Positions 8,460 to 14,195 of a DNA stretch of 14,195 bases are shown here, piece after piece (the stretch's first letter is position 1; every line of letters starts with the position of its first letter). The stretch is from Candidatus Sumerlaeia bacterium (lineage in GTDB: Bacteria > Sumerlaeota > Sumerlaeia > SLMS01), in NCBI GenBank assembly GCA_038208905.1, contig JBBQYG010000099.1, forward strand, positions 1 through 14,195. The letters run 5' to 3'. The translations under genes were made by a program, and so were the position numbers. The notes under the pieces were generated by a model, which saw nothing but the letters and a program-made list of their open reading frames with translations, was not told the origin of the DNA and ran no database searches.

Positions 8460-8511
8460 CCCGGCAAACTTGTCCCATATCACGATCCACAATTCCCCCG
8501 AGACGGAGTCC

Positions 8512-9417
8512 ATGGCCAAGAAAGACATAAAGATCACGAAGGCGGAACTTGAGCAGGATGAGTTGCTGGAGTTCACCGACCACCTGATCTTCTTCCTCAA
8601 AACTCACGGGTCCAAGCTACTTCTTGGCATCGCCGCGATCTTCGCCATCTACGGCGGCATTGTGGTGATGAAGCAGCGCGAGGAGTCGAAGCTCCGTGCG
8701 GCGAGCGACGATCTCTTTCGGGCGATCCTTCACTACGAGACCGCCCTCTCGGAGAATCCTTTCGGGTCGGCGGCTCGCGTTGAGGCGCTCGGCAAGGTCG
8801 CGATGGAAGCCGACAACATCGTTGCAGCGCACGGTAACACACCGCTGACGCGCAGCGCACTTTACCTGAAGGGAAACGCCCTCTACTTCAGCGGCGACCA
8901 GGCAGGAGAGACCGCGAACACGGAGAAGGCCATCGAGGCTTTCAACGCCTATGAGCGCAAGGTGGCCGGCGAAGGCGACGAGTTCGAGCGCGCGGCGGCG
9001 CTGCTTGCGCTTGGATATGCCCACGAGAATCTTCATCTGCTCCTGAAGGAAACCGACCCGCAGGCCGCAGAAAAGGCGCTGACGGATGCATCTGTTTTCT
9101 ATGTCAGGATCATGGAATTGAAGGACGCGGGATTCCTCCGCCACGAGGCGATGAACGCCAACGCACGGCTGCTCCGCTACCGCGGCGAAACAGACAAGGC
9201 GATGGAGATCTACCGCACGGTGGTCAAGGAAGCCTATCGCACCGTCGCCGAGCCGGAGAACAGGACTTCCCAGCGCGATAGCCTGCTCTATCAGGTGCGC
9301 CTGACGATCAATCAATTCACCACAGGCGCGACGGCCAAGGCCGCACTGGTTCGCATGGGAATGAAGGCCGAGGACGTGGACAAGCTGGCCGATGGCCCCG
9401 CCCCGGCGGCGGGCTAA
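8512..9417 (+). CDS. YfgM-like single-pass membrane protein with TPR-like helical repeats
   Basis: GGAG precedes ATG 8512. Charged N-terminus 'ELEQDELLEFTDHLIFFLKTH', one TM helix (LLLGIAAIFAIYGGIVVM), then TPR-like units (ALYLKGNALY..G, AALLALGYAHE, ARLLRYRGETDKAMEIYR). Confidence 0.82.
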   Translation: MAKKDIKITKAELEQDELLEFTDHLIFFLKTHGSKLLLGIAAIFAIYGGIVVMKQREESKLRAASDDLFRAILHYETALSENPFGSAARVEALGKVAMEADNIVAAHGNTPLTRSALYLKGNALYFSGDQAGETANTEKAIEAFNAYERKVAGEGDEFERAAALLALGYAHENLHLLLKETDPQAAEKALTDASVFYVRIMELKDAGFLRHEAMNANARLLRYRGETDKAMEIYRTVVKEAYRTVAEPENRTSQRDSLLYQVRLTINQFTTGATAKAALVRMGMKAEDVDKLADGPAPAAG

Positions 9418-9587
9418 CGGACTCGAACTCTCCGCGCAGTCGGATATCGACGCTCGACCGGCCGATCATCGCCTCGTAGGCCCGGTTCCACATCGCGCTG
9501 TACCCGTGGGTTCCATAAGGGCAGGTCGCGAGCGGTCTGAAGCTCGAACTTATCCCGCGCGGTCACGGAGAACCGCTTGGTAATCGT

Positions 9588-9781
9588 CCCCAATCCAGCC
9601 TCACACCGAACGATGGCGTCGCGGGGGGGAACTCCGTGACAGAGGCGTGTCGTGGCAACTCCACGTTCAGCCGTGCCTCCAATGGTTGCCTGGCAACGTT
9701 GGGCATGCCGCGAATTTCCTCCCACGTGGCTGAACACGGGAGGAAATCTCGCTGTTGCGGAGTCAGGTTGATTGGTTGGGG
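9588..9781 (+). ncRNA. Candidate rod-shaped structured RNA (unassigned; 6S-RNA-like size)
   Basis: Nested helices found by eye: 9590-9601/9765-9775, 9631-9642/9752-9763 (12 bp), 9659-9662/9739-9742, 9665-9672/9728-9735 (8 bp perfect), and an apical hairpin at 9673-9706. No family match established. Confidence 0.3.
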
Positions 9782-9868
9782 CAACTTTATGCAAGCGTTC
9801 CAATGTTATCTAATTTCCTTTGGCATGGCGCCTGATGCGCTTCGTGCTGGAGCGAAAGGGGAAGCAAC

Positions 9869-10618
9869 ATGGCGATCAAGTGGGTCGTGAGCGATGTGGA
9901 CGGGTGTCTGACCTCCGAGGCGTCGGTCGCATTCGACCTTGCTCCGCTGGGCCGCCTCGCGGCGATGGCGCGGACGCCCGGGGCGATGCCGCCGATGACG
10001 CTCTGCACGGGACGCCCCCAGCCGTATGTCGAGGCGTTGCTCAAATACCTTGGCATCATGGCGCCGGCGATTTGCGAGAACGGGGCAGTAATCTACTCGC
10101 TGGCCGACAACACGGCGCGGTATGGGCCGGGGGTGACGCCGGAGAAGCTCCGCGACCTGCGAATCGCTCGGGGGTTTCTGGAGGACGAACTGCTCCCCCG
10201 CCACCCGGGCGTCGTCATGCAGTTCGGCAAGGAGGCTCAGCTATCGGCATTCTCCGCGAATGCGGAGTTGCTTCCACCCGTCGCCCGCGAACTGACAGAG
10301 TGGGTCGAGCGCCGCGGGCTGCATCCGCTCGACATCAAGGCATCGCACTTCTACCTGAACGTCTCGATGGAGGGAGTGACGAAGGGGAGCGCGCTGGCGT
10401 GGCTGCTGGAGCACGAACTCCACGCCTCGCGCGAGGAGGTGGCGGGGATCGGCGATACCACAGGCGATGTTCCCCTGCGCGAGGCATCGGGATTTTTCGC
10501 CTGCCCCGCCAACGCGCAGGAGGAGTTGAAGCCGCTGGCCGACTATGTATCGCCCCATGCGGAGATCGACGGCGTGATGGACATTCTGGCGTATATACAG
10601 GCGCGGGGGCGCGACTGA
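9869..10618 (+). CDS. HAD-superfamily hydrolase, subfamily IIB (Cof / SPP-like phosphatase)
   Basis: Motif I 'VSDVDGCLT', motif II 'LCTGR', cap 'ICENGA', motif III 'VTKGSAL', motif IV 'IGDTTGD', and 'PANA'. Purine-rich RBS (AAGGGG) upstream. Confidence 0.93.
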   Translation: MAIKWVVSDVDGCLTSEASVAFDLAPLGRLAAMARTPGAMPPMTLCTGRPQPYVEALLKYLGIMAPAICENGAVIYSLADNTARYGPGVTPEKLRDLRIARGFLEDELLPRHPGVVMQFGKEAQLSAFSANAELLPPVARELTEWVERRGLHPLDIKASHFYLNVSMEGVTKGSALAWLLEHELHASREEVAGIGDTTGDVPLREASGFFACPANAQEELKPLADYVSPHAEIDGVMDILAYIQARGRD

Positions 10619-10632
10619 GTCGCGCCCCCGCG
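10602..10632. terminator. Perfect inverted repeat between convergent genes; probable bidirectional terminator hairpin
   Basis: CGCGGGGGCGCGAC-TGA-GTCGCGCCCCCGCG: 14-bp stem whose 3-nt loop is the HAD stop codon. It ends ~22 nt from the convergent pilin stop. Confidence 0.6.
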
Positions 10633-10654
10633 TTGCCCCGTGATTGATCTGCTT

Positions 10655-11326
10655 CTACTGGAACAGGGGATCCACGCCGAGGCGCTCTCCGCTCTTCTGA
10701 GTGCGGAAGAGGTTCCCGCGGCTAAGTGTGCCATTGGTTGCGTCATAATCGATGTAGGTCTTGGCGGCCACGATCGGATCGCCGATGTTGACGCGGTTGA
10801 ATTCGTCGGAGTCGGGGCCGACGGAATAGAAGAACCACGATCCGGCGAGCCGCTCGGCGGTGACGAAGGTCTGAATCGAGTTGAAATTGGTAAAGGCTGC
10901 CCGAAAGAAGGGAAAGTTGAAGTAGATCTGGCGACGCTTGACCAGCCGGAGGTTCGGGTCGTTCTCGATCGCGGTGGGGATCGAGGTGGAACGAAAGGGG
11001 TCGTCGGGTAGCGACGTAAGGTAGGAAACCGGCGTGGTCAGGAGCGACGAAACACGGGAGTGGAAGGGAGGCTCGGCGACGGCGGCGGCGCCAAACCAGC
11101 TCCGCTGGTTATGCTTGTCGTGGGGGGCTGGGTACTTGTTGTAGTCGATATAGTACGCCTCCAGACCCGTGGCGATCGTGCGCATGTCGGCACGCGCGCG
11201 GCTGACCTTGGACCTCGTCTGGGCCTCCAGGAAGTTGGGGACTGCGATGGCCGCAAGTATGGCGATGATGGCGACAACAATCAGCAATTCGATCAGAGTG
11301 AAACCAGTGTGGGAAGTTCGCTTCAT
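10655..11326 (-). CDS. Prepilin-type N-terminal cleavage/methylation domain protein (type IV pilin / T2SS GspG-like pseudopilin)
   Basis: GGAG precedes ATG 11326. Class III signal MKRTSHTG|FTLIELLIVVAIIAILAAIAVPNF with E5; GspG-like 'EAYYIDYNKYP'; C-terminal 'LTTPVSYLTSLPDDPF', 'SVGPD' and 'YDATNGTLSRG'. Confidence 0.93.
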   Translation of the reverse strand: MKRTSHTGFTLIELLIVVAIIAILAAIAVPNFLEAQTRSKVSRARADMRTIATGLEAYYIDYNKYPAPHDKHNQRSWFGAAAVAEPPFHSRVSSLLTTPVSYLTSLPDDPFRSTSIPTAIENDPNLRLVKRRQIYFNFPFFRAAFTNFNSIQTFVTAERLAGSWFFYSVGPDSDEFNRVNIGDPIVAAKTYIDYDATNGTLSRGNLFRTQKSGERLGVDPLFQ

Positions 11327-11406
11327 GTCGATTGTCTCCGGGGGGATTAACAACGCCGAAGTGAAACGCGATGCCCTATCGCCCTGCAACGAAAAAACCA
11401 AAGCCT

Positions 11407-12800
11407 TCACTCCGATAGGGCCACGTTCCATTGCGAGGGATCCCGACAATTCATGCCGTCGTCGTTCCAAATCAGGACGTTGTCAGGTTTCTCTCCGTCG
11501 GCGGTTGCGGCATCGTTCAGGTGAACCGCGAAGCCTATAAAATTGCCTCGCGGAGGCGAAGCCTGGCCCAGCAGTGAAAGCGGTATCGCCACGTCCCGCG
11601 TGTATCCATCCGCCGTCGGTGCTGCCACGATGGTGGCGCCATCGCGCACGTGGTCAGCCTTGTCGCCGGCGACCTTCCATTTCCAGATCGCGGGCTTCCC
11701 CGACGTACTGGTTGGCGCGAAGCCGATCTGGAAGCTGCTGTTCCCGGCAGTGAGAGTCTTTTCCGTGGTACCGTCGAAGCCGAGATAAAGTTCCAGGCTT
11801 TCGCCGCGCCATAGTTCCGCCCTCTCGTGGCTGTTGCGCATGGGCATGGTGTCGCAGACGTCGGCGGCGAGGTAGAGGTGCTTCGCGTCCCATGCGACGC
11901 GGGCAACCCCTCCCACCGCCTCGTCCTCAAGTGGCTGCGCCCGGTCATCGGGGACACGCTGATGATCGGATGGCCGAAGTCGGATCGCCGCCATGCCGCT
12001 CCAATCGGAAAGGTCGCCATTGATCGGTGGCGCCTCTGGCATCATGGAAAGCTGCGCGACTCGCAGTTTGGCCGTCCTCGAAACTCCCGATTCAACCCGG
12101 GGGGTGATCAGTGTCTCGGGTTCGGTGATGCGGAAAGACTACCGAAAGCGACGGCTGGGGCCTGGCGGGATTCCAGGGATCTCGGTGCCTGATCCCAGGG
12201 CGACTCCGTTGGCAAACCAGGTCGTCTTGATATCGACCTTACCGGTTGTCAGATTGCGAAAAGTCGGGGCGGCTTCAAGGTCCTTGCCCGCGGGACTGTC
12301 GCGAAGGTTCAGCTTGAATGGGGGCGCAAAGCAAACCGGGAGCGAGTAGCTGTAGCCGGCGTCGTTCATCGCATAGGCATAAGGTGCGAAAGGAACGGTA
12401 TCGCCGGGCACCGTGATTGGGATGGGCCATTCGTGCGTCTGGCCCGGCGGCACCGCAAGCGGTTCCGCGGGGAGCGCAACCCGGGCCGCGCAGCCCTTGA
12501 CTTCAAACTCGAACGCTTGGGGTTTGATCGAGCAAGTTCCGGTGGCGCATCAGAACGCGTGTCGTTGCGGCGGGAACAAGGTGCGCCACAGGGGGATCGA
12601 AGGCCTTCATGGCGAGGGCGGCGGTCGATATCCCTCCAAACGCCTTCGCGAACCTACGGGTCGCCGCTGATCCGCTGATGAAACGGGACGATCCCTTTCA
12701 TGCAGAATATGTCGCGCAGGTCCGCCTGTTCCCCGGGAAGGGGTCCGATGCAGGCAAAGATCGGTATCAACAGCGGGGCGCGCACCGGACTGGTGTCCAT
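11407..12800 (-). pseudogene. Disrupted multidomain carbohydrate-binding gene: Ig-like beta domains followed by a CBM9-like (DOMON-like) sugar-binding domain
   Basis: The 11407-12045 piece has CBM9-like motifs (PPINGDLSDW, AWDAKHLYLAADV.D, LWRGESLELY, GYT.DVAIP). It is in frame with the 12139-12453 ORF across one TAG (12139-12141). A 1-nt frameshift near 12523-12525 joins 'AFDPPVAHLVPAATTRVLMRHRNLLDQ' to 'PQAFEFEVKG'. A further TAG lies at 12654-12656. The 5' boundary is approximate. Confidence 0.72.
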
Positions 12801-12810
12801 TGTATATACA
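12801..12810. promoter_or_regulatory. AT-rich palindrome TGTATATACA, possible GntR/HutC-type operator
   Basis: Perfect 10-bp palindrome in GC-rich DNA, between the lacI-type stop and the disrupted gene. Fits the HutC-subfamily GT-N-TA-N-AC / TGTA-N2-TACA pattern. Confidence 0.35.
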
Positions 12811-12842
12811 TCGGCATTCGATGGGGTGAAACGGCGCCGATA

Positions 12843-13850
12843 CTAGCGGGGCGGGGCTGTCGATTCGCGCAGGATGAAGATCTGGGGCACGAGTCGCTGC
12901 TCGGCGGGCCGCGCGGGGTCGTCTATACGACTGAGAAGGAGTTCAATGGAGGCCTGGGCGACCTCGGCGATGTTCTCGTCGGTGGTGGTGAGGGAGGGCT
13001 TGAGATGGCGCGACCACATGCCATCGCCGAAGGCGACAACGGAGACATCCGCGGGCAACGCGAAGCCCATCTCCACAAGCATTCGCTGCGCAATGAGTGC
13101 AAAGCTGTCGTTCACCATCACGAGTGCCGTGGGGCGATCGGGGCGGCGCAGGACCGTGCGCAATTGCTCCTGCCACTCGCCGGAGAACGGGATGGCGTCG
13201 CATTCCCGCAAGTCTAGGCCCGCGCCGCGCAGCCCCTGGCGGACGCCGTCCATGCGCTCGCGGATGCAGCGATTGGAATTGTCCGAGCCCACGAAGCCGA
13301 TGCGTCTGTGACCCTGCACGACCAGATGCTCGACCAACTCGATCCCCGTCGCGGTCTCCTCGCTGGTCACATAGTCGAAGCCGTAGCCCTCGATCTTTCC
13401 CACCAGCACGAAGGGGAAGCGTTGAAGCTTGAGGCGCAGGAAATGATCGAATTCGGAGTGCGCGTTCCAGTCGTGGATTGGGAAGATCAGGAGCCCCTCC
13501 GCGCGGTGCTCGCGCATGATCGCGATGTTGCGCTTCTCCTTCTCGATATCCTGGCAGGAGTCGGCGATGAGCACCTGATAGCCGAGCGGCTCGACGTGGG
13601 CCTGGACGAGACGGAAGAACTCCACGTACACGGCGTTGCGAAGGTCGGCGGCGATGAAGCCGAGAACCTGACTTTTCTTCATGGCGAGGTTCTGGGCGAT
13701 TCGGTTGGGGCTGTAGCCAAGGCGCTCCGCCAGTTCCACAATGCGGCGTCGCTTGTCATCCGCGACGCCAGGCTTGTTGCTGAGCACGCGGGAAACGGTT
13801 GCGGTGGACGTGTTGGCCATCTCGGCCAAGTCCTTGATGGTAATGGCCAC
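12843..13850 (-). CDS. LacI/GalR-family transcriptional regulator
   Basis: AGGAG lies 8 nt before GTG 13850. HTH 'TIKDLAEMANTSTATVSRVLS', hinge 'LGYSPNRIAQNL', and a sugar-binding-protein-like domain 'GHRRIGF', 'PTALVMVND', 'P.DVSVVAFGD', 'PSLTT', 'LRESTAP'. Confidence 0.96.
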   Translation of the reverse strand: MAITIKDLAEMANTSTATVSRVLSNKPGVADDKRRRIVELAERLGYSPNRIAQNLAMKKSQVLGFIAADLRNAVYVEFFRLVQAHVEPLGYQVLIADSCQDIEKEKRNIAIMREHRAEGLLIFPIHDWNAHSEFDHFLRLKLQRFPFVLVGKIEGYGFDYVTSEETATGIELVEHLVVQGHRRIGFVGSDNSNRCIRERMDGVRQGLRGAGLDLRECDAIPFSGEWQEQLRTVLRRPDRPTALVMVNDSFALIAQRMLVEMGFALPADVSVVAFGDGMWSRHLKPSLTTTDENIAEVAQASIELLLSRIDDPARPAEQRLVPQIFILRESTAPPR

Positions 13851-13891
13851 GGCGAATGCTCCTGCTGATCGAATGAGACTCAAGGCACGAA

Positions 13892-13917
13892 AGAGCGCTC
13901 TACCGAAATCGCTTCCA
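13892..13917. promoter_or_regulatory. Two adjacent LacI-family operator-like sites upstream of the regulator
   Basis: AGAGCGCTCT (13892-13901) is a perfect palindrome with central CG. TGGAAGCGATTTCG on the minus strand (13904-13917) matches TGNAANCGNTTNCA at all but the last base. They lie 42-67 nt upstream of the GTG. Confidence 0.6.
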
Positions 13918-14195
13918 AGCCGCCAGAATCATTGGCCCGGAGAGGTGGAGCAAGCACTTGATGATAAACGAACGTGGGAAATGCGCCGCCGCTCCCGGGA
14001 AAACTCGGGAATGCGGAAGGGTCGGGCGAAGCGAGGGGCCAGGCTGTGTTTGATAAATGGCTTCGAGCTGGTCCGTTGAGCGAGAACGAGTCATGACGAT
14101 GGCGCCGATGACGAGGCGATGTGGTTCATCGTTGAGGAATCGCGACGCGTCAGGACGAAGGTTCGCAGCCATCGGAAAGCCGAATGCAATTGTCA

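Noticed and set aside
2001..9315. Long antisense ORFs (2001-2963, 3385-4704, 4726-5586, 5841-6878, 7713-8423, 8617-9315) and similar shadows elsewhere (667-1299, 12609-13217, 13308-13868)
   Set aside because: They mirror well-supported genes on the opposite strand, as expected with high third-position GC, and show no recognisable motifs.
9738..9752. GGGAGGAAATCTC resembling the RNase P RNA 'GAGGAAAGUCC' motif
   Set aside because: Imperfect match, with no room for the rest of RNase P RNA before the HAD gene at 9869.
10616..10650. Selenocysteine UGA + SECIS at the end of the HAD gene
   Set aside because: The UGA is inside the hairpin loop rather than upstream of it, the HAD domain is already complete, and a convergent gene follows.
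11327..11470. 48-aa N-terminal extension of the pilin ORF
   Set aside because: Class III signal peptides are short. ATG 11326 has a GGAG RBS, and the extension overlaps the upstream CBM9-like frame.
12139..12141. Amber read-through (pyrrolysine or recoded TAG) in the CBM9-like gene
   Set aside because: TAG is the normal stop for the M48, wzt, MTase, pilin and LacI genes here. The same gene also has frameshifts, and no pyl genes are visible, so decay is the simpler explanation.
1..14195. CRISPR array, tRNA/rRNA, IS/transposase, integrase or anti-phage defence genes
   Set aside because: No regularly spaced direct repeats, tRNA cloverleaf/T-loop motifs, or DDE/tyrosine-recombinase/nuclease signatures were seen on either strand.

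Overview
GC-rich bacterial window with no tRNA/rRNA, CRISPR array or transposase. The pilin family style suggests Candidatus Sumerlaeota/BRC1 or a relative, but this is inference only. Left to right: (-) a DUF2298/'YYY' membrane protein that runs off the left edge and is missing from the ORF track; (+) an M48 zinc-peptidase lipoprotein; a hypothetical protein with a Pro-rich linker and five (D/E)RR motifs; a Wzt-type polysaccharide ABC ATPase with an extra C-terminal domain and no neighbouring wzm; an overlapping coiled-coil + SAM-methyltransferase (WbdD-like glycan cap/ruler); a secreted triple OB-fold protein; a YfgM-like TPR membrane protein; a 450-bp intergenic region holding a candidate ~190-nt structured RNA; and a Cof-like HAD phosphatase. 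A convergent (-) unit follows: a LacI regulator with two operator-like sites, a decayed Ig-like/CBM9-like carbohydrate-binding gene (in-frame stops, frameshifts), and a type IV pilin/GspG-like prepilin. Best leads are the LacI-CBM9-pilin unit, the stand-alone Wzt/cap-methyltransferase pair near a GT-C-like DUF2298 protein with a very large insertion, the candidate ncRNA, and the secreted OB-fold protein. All family assignments come from motif recognition by eye; no searches were run.
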